A DNA stretch of 64,000 bases from NCBI GenBank assembly GCA_965216315.1, contig CBDCFN010000016.1, positions 992,001 to 1,056,000 on the forward strand, in the 5' to 3' direction. Positions 49,236 through 58,256 of this stretch are shown in pieces. Source of the DNA: a bacterium (lineage in GTDB: Bacteria; UBA10199; 2-02-FULL-50-16; JAJFLM01). Each line of letters begins with the position of its first letter. Within the stretch, counting starts at the first letter, position 1. The notes under the pieces are model-generated. The model was not told the DNA's origin. It saw only the letters and a list, made by a program, of their open reading frames with translations, and searched no databases. The position numbers and the translations under genes are program-made.

Positions 49236-49377
49236 GGAAGGCCTAAAAAATTCTTTAAGAATATTATGGGGATAGAAATGACATCACTTTAGGGTGGTGG
49301 TAAAGTTACCAGTAGTTACCGGTAACTTTTATTGAAGTTACCACATTAATATGGCGGTTATGAGCAGATGCCAGTGA

Positions 49378-49878
49378 TCAGTCGAAATTAGCCAAGACAA
49401 CGTGCACCCTTACGCCTTCATGCGATACAGTATGTACCTCCTTTTCCTTAATTTTTGCGTCTGGTGGTAACCTAGAATCAAATTTCGTGATATCCGGACC
49501 TATCAAAAAAAACATATTTGTATTGTCGGATATCCTGACGTGCTCAAATATTCGTGTATCTGCAATCTGGGGTGAATATTCTTCCATAAAATCTGGGCTA
49601 GTAAAACGAGCCCCTCGTGTTTCTACAGATACGTAATTCTTGATGTCTCTTATAGGGGTTTTAGCCCGCTTCCTCTTCTCATTAAACCTATGTGTATTTG
49701 TCTGATCGTAGATATGGGTCACCCAATGGTATCGTCCATCCCTGTGATAACTGGTGTGATGCTCGCCACCTTCTATAGGTGTCCGGAAATATACACCGTT
49801 AACTGCAATTCTTATGATGAGCGGCCGATACGTTTTGCCGTCGATCTCATAAAAAAATGAAAATACATTCTTTGCCAT
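49378..49878 (-). CDS. Orphan hypothetical cargo protein
   Basis: 166-aa AT-rich ORF with GAGGGG SD. Confidence 0.65.
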   Translation of the reverse strand: MAKNVFSFFYEIDGKTYRPLIIRIAVNGVYFRTPIEGGEHHTSYHRDGRYHWVTHIYDQTNTHRFNEKRKRAKTPIRDIKNYVSVETRGARFTSPDFMEEYSPQIADTRIFEHVRISDNTNMFFLIGPDITKFDSRLPPDAKIKEKEVHTVSHEGVRVHVVLANFD

Positions 49879-50475
49879 ACCATAGCCCCTCGACTTAATC
49901 GACCGTTTGCAATCTCATTCCGGCCATGAACTTCTTATCCCCGGCGCCATTTCTCATCTTTCTTCATGCCCGACCCCCCAACCACTTATAATCTCTATAT
50001 TTATGATTTATATTTCTACCAATATCACCATCACTCTCCCGCAATAGTACCCCCCAGCACCCGCAGTGTCTCCTGACCCCAGCATCTTGTACTACCGGAA
50101 GGTACGTAGAGAGGGTGGGGTCAGAAGTGTCCGGCGCTAAGCCGGACAAGCGAAGGGTGTGATATGATGGCGCTATTTCAGTTACCTAGTTGTCCGGTTA
50201 CTTTCCGGTCACCGGAAAGTTTACCGGACAGTTTAGTAGGGGTACCCGGTCTTAAATCATCACCGGACACTTATATATTTTTGTGACAATGAGACGCATT
50301 CACCCTCGTATCGTGTCCTTAACCGCATCGGATAAGAACGGATCTGAAGACGGAGGGAGCTCAGTCAGCACCTCATGAGCGCTTCAACTCTCAAAATAGC
50401 ATAATAATATTAAATAGTTATAAAATATAGGGACACGAATCATCCTGTGTTCTTGCATAATCGTCTCTTTTTTTC

Positions 50476-50518
50476 TATTGTCTACTAAATAGTAGACGAT
50501 ATATATTAGTAGACAATA
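50476..50518. promoter_or_regulatory. Inverted-repeat operator of the TA operon
   Basis: TATTGTCTACTAA...TTAGTAGACAATA plus internal GTCTACTA-AA-TAGTAGAC. Confidence 0.7.
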
Positions 50519-50520
50519 AT

Positions 50521-51222
50521 ATGCCCAAGACCGAGACAATCAATCCCTTCAAGGGGAACGCCGAGCTGGTCATCCGTGCTCTTTTTGCCGGACCGGATCA
50601 GAGCAGCAGTGGCCGCGATTTGGCACGTCACCTTGACCTTAGCCAGGCCTGGGTCAATCGTGTGCTTACCGCCTTGGAATCAAGCCGCTTAGTCCAGCGC
50701 AATACCCAAGGCCCGTCCAGCGAGACGAAACTCATCAAGCCCGCAAAGCTGCTCCATCGCTGGACGCTCGAATACCGGATCGACCTCAATCCCTATCACT
50801 TGTATTTAGATAGGCATGAGGATCCACTCACCCACCTTCGTGAACTCGCGGAGCAAGAAGGCTTTCGCTACGCCTTGACTGGATATGCGGCGGCCAACCT
50901 GATCAAAAAGATCATCCATGGAGACTTTCCCCCGATGCTGTATCTGTGGCCGAATAAAGGAAGTAAAGTTGCCTTCGAGGACATGCTCTTAAAACTAGAG
51001 AACGTTCATCAACTCGTGCCGGTCAAGAAGCACGCCAATCTTATCATCCTGCAGCCGCTGCAAAAAGACCGGGTTTTCTTCGGTGCTAAGGAACACGAAG
51101 GTTACGTCACCGTTTCTCCGCTCCAATTATTCCTGGATCTTTACGCCTTGGACCGCGGTGCCTTTGTCATCAAGGAGTTGAAGGACTATTGGGAAGAGCA
51201 CGGAATTCCCTATGAGCTATAA
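50521..51222 (+). CDS. wHTH protein resembling type IV TA antitoxin AbiEi
   Basis: GRDLARHLDLSQAWVNRVL HTH; YALTGYAAA and VSPLQLFLDL C-domain motifs. Confidence 0.75.
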   Translation: MPKTETINPFKGNAELVIRALFAGPDQSSSGRDLARHLDLSQAWVNRVLTALESSRLVQRNTQGPSSETKLIKPAKLLHRWTLEYRIDLNPYHLYLDRHEDPLTHLRELAEQEGFRYALTGYAAANLIKKIIHGDFPPMLYLWPNKGSKVAFEDMLLKLENVHQLVPVKKHANLIILQPLQKDRVFFGAKEHEGYVTVSPLQLFLDLYALDRGAFVIKELKDYWEEHGIPYEL

Positions 51223-51946
51223 GTATCCATTTCTCGATGTACTGGCCGACGCCCAGGAGGCCACTGGCGATCTTGTCTTAGTGGGCGGCTGGGCCCCGAC
51301 GGTCTACTTTGAATATTTGTGGGCCGGCCCACCACCATTGCTCAAAACAGGAGACATTGATTTTGGCATTCATCAGGCCATGCGAGTCAAGAAGCCCCTC
51401 CCGAATGTGTTTGATGGATCTCGATACAAAGAAAAGCACGAAGAGATCGGCAAGCTCACGCCTTATCAATTGATCTTTGGCGGTAAGATGAAACTTGATT
51501 TTATCTGCGATGAGGAAGATACCGCGTTTGCGCGCAAACAAATTCTCGAGAATAAAATCGTCCTCAGCGAATTCCCATCCTATCGCTTTCTCTTGAAGGA
51601 TTACTGTACGGTTGATTGTGACGGCATCGCCGTTAATGTGCCGCAGCCGGCCCGTTATATCGCCCATAAGATATGGGTCTACTTCGATGAACCAGAAGAG
51701 CGCGCCCAGGATATCACCGCGGCCTATTACTGCCTGACGCGTTCTCCACGCTCGGATGACATCTATCAGGAGATTCGCGCAATAAAAGACGAGACTGTCG
51801 TCACGACGATGTCAGCGAGATTAGCTGACCAGAAACTAACGAAAGATGCCCCTGTGATCATCGCTGTCGAATCCGGCCTGCGAGACATCGGCGATGAAGA
51901 AAGCCGCTCCGTGATCCATCGCAAGCTGAAACAACTTGTTGAGTGA
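51212..51946 (+). CDS. Nucleotidyltransferase-fold protein (AbiEii/GSU2403-like toxin)
   Basis: LVLVGGWA, TGDIDF, VPQPARYIAHK, RAQD; overlaps the upstream gene. Confidence 0.75.
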   Translation: MSYKYPFLDVLADAQEATGDLVLVGGWAPTVYFEYLWAGPPPLLKTGDIDFGIHQAMRVKKPLPNVFDGSRYKEKHEEIGKLTPYQLIFGGKMKLDFICDEEDTAFARKQILENKIVLSEFPSYRFLLKDYCTVDCDGIAVNVPQPARYIAHKIWVYFDEPEERAQDITAAYYCLTRSPRSDDIYQEIRAIKDETVVTTMSARLADQKLTKDAPVIIAVESGLRDIGDEESRSVIHRKLKQLVE

Positions 51947-52230
51947 TTTATGTGGTCACCATTTGGTCACCATCGCGATCCAGTAGCTCCGAACAAGACA
52001 CAATTATCCACAGCTATGAAAGCAACTTAACTCCGCCATCGGTATTTCTTTTTCAGCTTAGTGCCTGATTTTTGGGCGCGAGACGGCGATTCACGTAAGT
52101 CCTTGATTTCGCGTTCCCGCTCTTTTCGAATCCCACCCCCGGAGCATAAAAATCCGCTGGCCCCTTTTGGGTCCGGCGGATTTTTTTTGTTTTGTGGTGG
52201 GATTTGAACCCTCTGCCGCAGGCAGCTAGA

Positions 52231-53307
52231 CTAGAGGCCCATTCTGCCATCAGGTGCAAAGGGTTTCTCTAGGTGTAAGTTCGAAAAGACTGTTTCTCTT
52301 GCTGATTCAAGAGTTTTTCCCAATGCATTTCCAACGATGTCTAACAACATTTGATCATGATGTAATCCAGTATTAATATGGTAACACCGATACAAATACC
52401 CAAAACCTAATCCTGGGATAAGATTCGCTTCAAGAAAATATGGAACTCCCTTTTCATCCATTTTAATGTCAATTCTTCCATATCCTCTGGCGCCTAAGGC
52501 CTTAAAAGAATCAATTGCGAGTTGTGATACAATATCTTTAATATGTTCATCTTCAATTTTTAACGTTAGTTCCATATCAGCAATTTTATCATCAAAGCCT
52601 AATATTCTGTCACCTTTCGCATTTGCTTGAGCCTGAAGTTCAATTGGGTAAACTTGGTAGGTCTCGTTTTGAAAGTCTTCCATAATTGCAACAGTATATT
52701 CTTTTCCACATAAATATTTTTCAACTAATGACCCTGTATTTTGATGGTCGAATATCGATTTTACTTTGCTTTCATACTCTAGATAATTGTGCACTAGTGA
52801 ATTAGAGTCTATCCCTCGTGAGTCTCCTTCAAAAATTGGTTTAATAAATAGCGGGTAGGATAGGTGGATATTATCTTCAGTAAGCTCATCGGGCTTTGTG
52901 ATAAAAAAAGTGGCCGTATTCAATCCACAACTCTTAATCTTTTCTTTAGCTTTGCTTTTATCAAATTCGAGTTCAATAGATTCTCTACTTGATCCCGTAT
53001 AGGCAATATTGTGTTTGTCTAAATATTCTGAAAACCAAAGTTTATTTGTAGCATATCTTTTTACGGTGTTCTCATCGAAACCCAAATATTTGATTCCTGA
53101 AATTACTAAATCAGGCTTGTGGCTTACCAACTCTTCTAAATCATCCATATTATGGATAATCGATACTCTCACTTTAGTATAATATTTGCTTAATGTTTCA
53201 TGAAGATTAAGTGACACTTTACTTGGCATTAGATTCAAACCCCCAATGGGAGTTGTGACTATTTCAATATAGTTTTCAATTTTCATTAATTTAACTTCAC
53301 CTAACAT
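52231..53307 (-). CDS. D-Ala-D-Ala ligase-like ATP-grasp protein
   Basis: YTGS, DKSKAK, PLFIKP, EKYL.GKEYTV, YGRIDIKMD, FLEANLIPGL; AT-rich. Confidence 0.8.
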   Translation of the reverse strand: MLGEVKLMKIENYIEIVTTPIGGLNLMPSKVSLNLHETLSKYYTKVRVSIIHNMDDLEELVSHKPDLVISGIKYLGFDENTVKRYATNKLWFSEYLDKHNIAYTGSSRESIELEFDKSKAKEKIKSCGLNTATFFITKPDELTEDNIHLSYPLFIKPIFEGDSRGIDSNSLVHNYLEYESKVKSIFDHQNTGSLVEKYLCGKEYTVAIMEDFQNETYQVYPIELQAQANAKGDRILGFDDKIADMELTLKIEDEHIKDIVSQLAIDSFKALGARGYGRIDIKMDEKGVPYFLEANLIPGLGFGYLYRCYHINTGLHHDQMLLDIVGNALGKTLESARETVFSNLHLEKPFAPDGRMGL

Positions 53308-53828
53308 TCACATTTAATTATCAAGGCAAATTGAATAAGATTCTCGGGAAGCGAGTCTTGACAAGAGTCGTGATAATGAGCCGTCACCCTATCACTAAAG
53401 AGTCAATATAACTAATTCATAATGGATTATTCTCTGTTCAGGGACGGCTCCATGAGACTAATGAGAGGTAATTATGGAGTATTTTGCTATTTAGCAGGGC
53501 CTAATTACTTGCGCCTAAAGACACAGGCCAACAAAACCTTCAGACGAAGGACCCAACATGAAACCCTACGGTCCTAAAATGCGACCCTTCTGCGTCCAGC
53601 AAGCGGCGAAAACCTAGTTTTTTCACCAAACTCATCTTGGCATGATCCTTGCTTGGTAATGCCTCATGGCATCGCAACCACGCTTCGCGATTCTCGAGTA
53701 GTTTCTCGAGTAGTTTTAAGACGGAGGAACCCAAAAGCCAAATAATTTCAGGTCCGTAGAATTCAACTTACAGAATCACATGTCATTTTGGGCCCTTCGT
53801 CTTAAGTTTTTTATTGTGCCCTATATAG

Positions 53829-54986
53829 TTAAGCCATTCTGCTTGTATATTGTTTTATCAAACCAATCCAAGCTGGACTGATGAGAAGAGTCGCAAAAAT
53901 TGTTGCTATGGTTGTTTGGTAAGCAAATTCGTTAATAATATTTGTCTGTAACCCAATTGCTGCCAAGACAAAACTGAATTCTCCAATTTGAGAAAGAAGT
54001 GCTCCAGCATACAGAGAATCCTTCACAGTTACTCTCAGTGATTTTAAAATGCCCGCATTAATAAATGTATTGGTTAGTAAACTAGCTAGCATGAGGGTGA
54101 GCACAATAAACCAGTTGTTAGCTAAAAATTGGAGGTCAACCGTCATCCCTATGGAAACAAAAAAAAGAGCAACGAATATGCCTCGAAATGATTCTAAGCT
54201 CTGCTGTATCGAATGTGTCTCCTTTGCTACTGAGACAATAATGCCTGCCAAAAAAGCACCTAAGGCGGCTGAAAGTCCAAACAGTCCAGTAATGAAAGCC
54301 ATTCCTAATCCTAAGAATAGGGCTATTAATGTTTGAATCTCTTGATATCGCTTTATATATTTAGAAAATGGAAGGGGAATATTTTTTTTCACAAGAAGCC
54401 ATATAAGTAGAGCCAAAATGAGTAGCGCCCCCATAATTTGTAGAGTAATATTGGTAACATTAAGCTGCCCCCCCCCCATTAAATTAATTGCAATGAGCAT
54501 GGGAATAAGCAGAAAATCTTGCACTAAAAGAATGCCTATTACATTTTGTCCTACAAAAGAGTTGGTCTCATTTCGATCCTTCAGCATTGTAATGATGACA
54601 GCCGTACTGCTAAGGCTAATCACAAAGCCAAGAAAAATAATTTGTGACATCGGCCAAGATAACCAAAAGCCCAGAGCCCATACACAGACGATGCTAATAA
54701 CTACTTGAAGGACTGTGCCTGCAATCATGATGCGCCAATTTTTGACCAAGCTGGGTAGAGAAATCTCAGCTCCTACAAAAAAGAGTAAAAATAATACACC
54801 GAAGGCACCAATACGATTAAGTAGCTCTGTATCTGTAACAAATTCGAGAACATAAGGGCCGAGCACAACTCCTGCAACCATATAGGCAACTACAAACGGT
54901 TGATTGAGTCTCTTCATTAGAAGCGCAATCACAATAACGACTAATACCGATGCGGCAAGGAGTGGAATACTAGGGTCCATGTCCAT
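53829..54986 (-). CDS. Cation:proton antiporter (CPA2, KefB-like membrane domain only)
   Basis: GVLFLLFFVGAE, SLSSTA, ILLVQD, LFFVSIGM, LSQIGEFSFVL. Confidence 0.9.
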   Translation of the reverse strand: MDMDPSIPLLAASVLVVIVIALLMKRLNQPFVVAYMVAGVVLGPYVLEFVTDTELLNRIGAFGVLFLLFFVGAEISLPSLVKNWRIMIAGTVLQVVISIVCVWALGFWLSWPMSQIIFLGFVISLSSTAVIITMLKDRNETNSFVGQNVIGILLVQDFLLIPMLIAINLMGGGQLNVTNITLQIMGALLILALLIWLLVKKNIPLPFSKYIKRYQEIQTLIALFLGLGMAFITGLFGLSAALGAFLAGIIVSVAKETHSIQQSLESFRGIFVALFFVSIGMTVDLQFLANNWFIVLTLMLASLLTNTFINAGILKSLRVTVKDSLYAGALLSQIGEFSFVLAAIGLQTNIINEFAYQTTIATIFATLLISPAWIGLIKQYTSRMA

Positions 54987-55016
54987 AAATTATTCCTCTT
55001 TTATCTACTAATGGTC

Positions 55017-55598
55017 TTATTTGGATAAGCCGGCCGTCAACGCCCAGCGCAATGCATCCTTGGTCTTCATATCGACGGGTTGTATCTTCGATTTTGGCAC
55101 GTAAACGGTAAAGCCCCCCACTTGATAACTCCATGGCAGAAACACAGCCACCGTATCATCATGGTTTATCCCGTGCGGTGCGTCGCTTAAATCATGTCGG
55201 GTGACAACACCTAAGAAGCGGGTAGAGGCATCACCAATGGTTACCATAACGACAATCATATTATCGGATTGTTGTTTACCGCTTACGTATTGCACGACTT
55301 GTTTGAGGGCCCCATAGATCTCATTGACCAGTGGAATTTTCTCTACAAGGTACTCCGACCATCCCCAAAGTTTTCGCACGAACCATGCTTTCAGTAGCAA
55401 ACCAACAAGAAAGATCAGACCCAGGCCGAGAATGACACCCATACCGGGATGATACCAGCCGGTGGGGAGGAGCCAGCGCAGCGCAGCCTGGAATATGGAT
55501 TCAAGCCCTCGCATCAACCATACGAAAAGATAAATGGTAATAGCCAGTGGCAGGACCGCCAACAGGCCTTTCAGGAATATTGAATAAATCGATTTCAT
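55017..55598 (-). CDS. DUF502 membrane protein
   Basis: GLLAVLPLAITIY, KIPLVNEIY, VAVFLPWSYQVGG. Confidence 0.88.
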   Translation of the reverse strand: MKSIYSIFLKGLLAVLPLAITIYLFVWLMRGLESIFQAALRWLLPTGWYHPGMGVILGLGLIFLVGLLLKAWFVRKLWGWSEYLVEKIPLVNEIYGALKQVVQYVSGKQQSDNMIVVMVTIGDASTRFLGVVTRHDLSDAPHGINHDDTVAVFLPWSYQVGGFTVYVPKSKIQPVDMKTKDALRWALTAGLSK

Positions 55599-56044
55599 GA
55601 AGCATTCTCCAAAATAAATATTTCAATGAGCCTTTCGCTTGATTTCTGGTATTTGCATTTACTATACGATTTTGGCAAGATTTTATAGAAACTATGTCTC
55701 TCACAACCCCGCACAAAACTCTCAGTAAAGCACTGCATCTCCATCATCTGAGAAACCCGTATAGTCCCTTCAACATTCAAAAACGGATCCGCCTTGGCAA
55801 TCTCAACAGCCGCCTCAATGCTGTCCGCTTTAACAACGGCAAACCCTTTCATCGCATTAGGATCATTCTCGTCTTGAACATCACTTGAAGTCACAATTTT
55901 TGTGCTCATCAAAGGGGTTCCTGGATTGACGACCTGGTCGCCAAGACCTTCTGCCCAAGCTTTCCATTGACCCATCTGGGCCATGCCCTCTTCTTTTGAA
56001 CTCGGCTGCCTTCCGCCGTAATAGGCGATCATAAAATTGGCCAT
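55595..56044 (-). CDS. YciI-like protein with probable read-through C-terminal extension
   Basis: AAGGAG SD before ATG 56044; WKAW...G.PL, GFAVVKADSIEAAVEIAKADP. Confidence 0.75.
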   Translation of the reverse strand: MANFMIAYYGGRQPSSKEEGMAQMGQWKAWAEGLGDQVVNPGTPLMSTKIVTSSDVQDENDPNAMKGFAVVKADSIEAAVEIAKADPFLNVEGTIRVSQMMEMQCFTESFVRGCERHSFYKILPKSYSKCKYQKSSERLIEIFILENAS

Positions 56045-56094
56045 ACTGTTTCTCCTTGTGATGAGGATTATGCAGACGGGGGACAAAAAACACA

Positions 56095-56121
56095 GCAACT
56101 TTCTGTAAAATGGGTCGATAA
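56095..56121 (+). promoter_or_regulatory. Putative alternative-sigma promoter GCAAC-N14-GTCGATAA
   Basis: Same spacing; ATG 7 nt later opens a 25-codon ORF (56129-56206). Confidence 0.55.
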
Positions 56122-56271
56122 GTGTATAATGCTTGTACTTCGAGCAGGCCGCCTGTATGGACGGGCCGGTATTAACGTTAGAATCATTTCCCAAGCGCTT
56201 TTTTAGAGTGTCCCTTCTGTAGTTTTCGGTCCACCCCAAAAATAAACTCTTGTGAAAACAAAGGGACACAC

Positions 56272-57537
56272 ATGACAAAACTCTCATTTGCCGAGCTCAA
56301 GCTCGCTAAGCCCATCGCGCGGGCTTTAGCCGCGAACAATTATGAACACCCCACGCCGATTCAGGCCAAGGCGATTCCGCCCTTACTCAAGGGCGGCGAT
56401 CTGATTGGCTGTGCTCAAACCGGGACGGGAAAAACCGCGGCCTTTGCACTCCCGATTTTACAGAAACTGTTGCTGAAACCATCCAAGGTTCCCGCCCGGA
56501 AGGCGCGGGTTCTGGTGTTGACACCGACGCGGGAATTGGCCGCCCAGGTGGGGGCCAGTTTTGAGCGTTACGGGCGCTATCTTCAATTGAAACAGGCCCT
56601 CGTCTTTGGCGGCGTGGGTCAGACGCCACAGGTTCGGACGCTGAAGCGGGGTGTGGACATCCTGGTGGCGACGCCGGGCCGTCTCCTGGATTTGATGAAT
56701 CAGGGACATCTTTCATTGAGCCATGTGGATACCTTTGTCTTGGATGAAGCCGACCGCATGCTCGACATGGGCTTTCTCCCAGATATCAAGAAGATCATTG
56801 CCAGTTTGCCGCGCCAGCGCCAGACCTTGCTCTTTTCCGCCACGATGGCGCCGGAGATTCTTAAACTGGCCCACGGCATCCTGATCGATCCCATAAAGGT
56901 GGAGGTCTCACCGCCCGCGTCGACGCCCCATCGCATTGATGAACGGGTCTTGTTCGTGGATGATGGGAATAAACGGGCCTTACTCACGGAGATTCTTAAG
57001 TCGCCAGAGGTGGAGCGTACTTTGGTGTTTACTCGGACCAAGCACGGTGCCAATCGTTTGGTCACGCAATTGGAGAAAAAAGCGGTGAAGGCCCGCGCCA
57101 TTCACGGCAATAAATCGCAGAGCGCGCGGATGGCGGCCTTAAAGGATTTCCGTCAAGGCCGTTGCCAAGTCCTGGTCGCCACGGATATTGCGGCCCGGGG
57201 CATCGACGTCGCCGGAATCAGCCATGTGATCAATTATGACCTACCCAATGACCCGGAAAGCTATGTCCATCGCATCGGCCGTACGGCCCGCTCGGGTGCC
57301 GCCGGGATCGCGCTCTCTTTTTGTGGGGCCGGTGAGCGGCTCTATTTACGGGACATTGAGCGACTCCTGGAGCGTTCCGTGCCGATCGACAAAGATCATC
57401 CCTATTACTCGGTAAGCGCTGCCGCTGTGGGGCACTCGCGTCGTTCCACAAGCCGGGTTGGCAAGTCAGGAAATGGCCCGGCCCGACAGCGGAGACGTCG
57501 CTACAACAAGAATTCAGCGCGGGCACGGACTCCATAA
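56272..57537 (+). CDS. rhlE: DEAD-box RNA helicase (RhlE-like)
   Basis: PTPIQ, AQTGTGKT, PTRELA, DEAD, SAT, ARGID, HRIGRTAR. Confidence 0.9.
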   Translation: MTKLSFAELKLAKPIARALAANNYEHPTPIQAKAIPPLLKGGDLIGCAQTGTGKTAAFALPILQKLLLKPSKVPARKARVLVLTPTRELAAQVGASFERYGRYLQLKQALVFGGVGQTPQVRTLKRGVDILVATPGRLLDLMNQGHLSLSHVDTFVLDEADRMLDMGFLPDIKKIIASLPRQRQTLLFSATMAPEILKLAHGILIDPIKVEVSPPASTPHRIDERVLFVDDGNKRALLTEILKSPEVERTLVFTRTKHGANRLVTQLEKKAVKARAIHGNKSQSARMAALKDFRQGRCQVLVATDIAARGIDVAGISHVINYDLPNDPESYVHRIGRTARSGAAGIALSFCGAGERLYLRDIERLLERSVPIDKDHPYYSVSAAAVGHSRRSTSRVGKSGNGPARQRRRRYNKNSARARTP

Positions 57538-57704
57538 GTTTTATTGCTTAACGCATGACAGCTCTGGTCAGGAGTCAACCCCATGGTATTGCTCGTCAAT
57601 AGGCTATATCCGCGATCATATTGAGTCCGTCCCTTTAAGTTCATAAATCGCTTTATATCTATAACTGATTATTAATGTTATCCTGAACTGAAGGGAAATA
57701 TGAA

Positions 57705-58202
57705 ATGACAAAATACTTTTTGACATTGTGCCCCTCTGGTCTGCTTGGCCTGGCTATCGGAGTCGAAGCCTCAAATGCATGGCGCTATCGTGAGTGGGCA
57801 GATCGGTTCCGTCCTTTTAATGTAGGGGTGAGTGCACTTTTTGATGAGATGGCGGACGATGACGACAAACATGGTGATGATTTGCGCACGTTACATGGTG
57901 GGCAGTTCGGCAGCCTGATTGGGCTGGCAGATTCCGGGGAGATTGACACACATACTGAGGACGCAAAAGATGTGGAGGACCATTTCTTTGTAATCGATAA
58001 TGCGATGGCCCACAGCATCCTGATGGCTGCGTTCCACACATTGTCCAAGGCGCGTCATCTCTATCAAACGCTCCGGATAAGGACCAAGAGTACGGTGCTA
58101 CGTAAGGTGTACGAACCGCGGACTTTATCTGATGGAGGACACGTCCGAAGATTAAAGATGTTCCTGCAACAATTTCAACCGCTTCAACAACAAAACGCAT
58201 GA
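57705..58202 (+). CDS. Ferritin/rubrerythrin-like domain protein, degenerate
   Basis: LAI.VE....RY...A..F....LFDEMADDDDKH pattern; ExxH ligands altered. Confidence 0.6.
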   Translation: MTKYFLTLCPSGLLGLAIGVEASNAWRYREWADRFRPFNVGVSALFDEMADDDDKHGDDLRTLHGGQFGSLIGLADSGEIDTHTEDAKDVEDHFFVIDNAMAHSILMAAFHTLSKARHLYQTLRIRTKSTVLRKVYEPRTLSDGGHVRRLKMFLQQFQPLQQQNA

Positions 58203-58256
58203 GCTGCGTCATCAGCTCACGGAACTCTGTAACCGTGGCAAGTGCCGGCTGATTTT

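Larger units (their letters stand above)
47854..52145. mobile_element. Element A (int, xis, orphan, AbiE-like TA)
   Basis: Bounded by tRNA-tail att copies; GTGGTCACCATTTGGTC at both ends (47926, 51952). Confidence 0.8.

Noticed and set aside
52125..52145. Additional tRNA genes at 52125, 61632 and 61837
   Set aside because: Only the T-arm/acceptor 3' part is present; no D or anticodon arms
53540..53734. 64-aa ORF between ligase and antiporter
   Set aside because: No clear SD or family; possibly a gene fragment but not supportable
55595..56287. 230-aa ORF as called in the track
   Set aside because: SD and YciI similarity begin at ATG 56044; the upstream part overlaps a promoter motif and the helicase start
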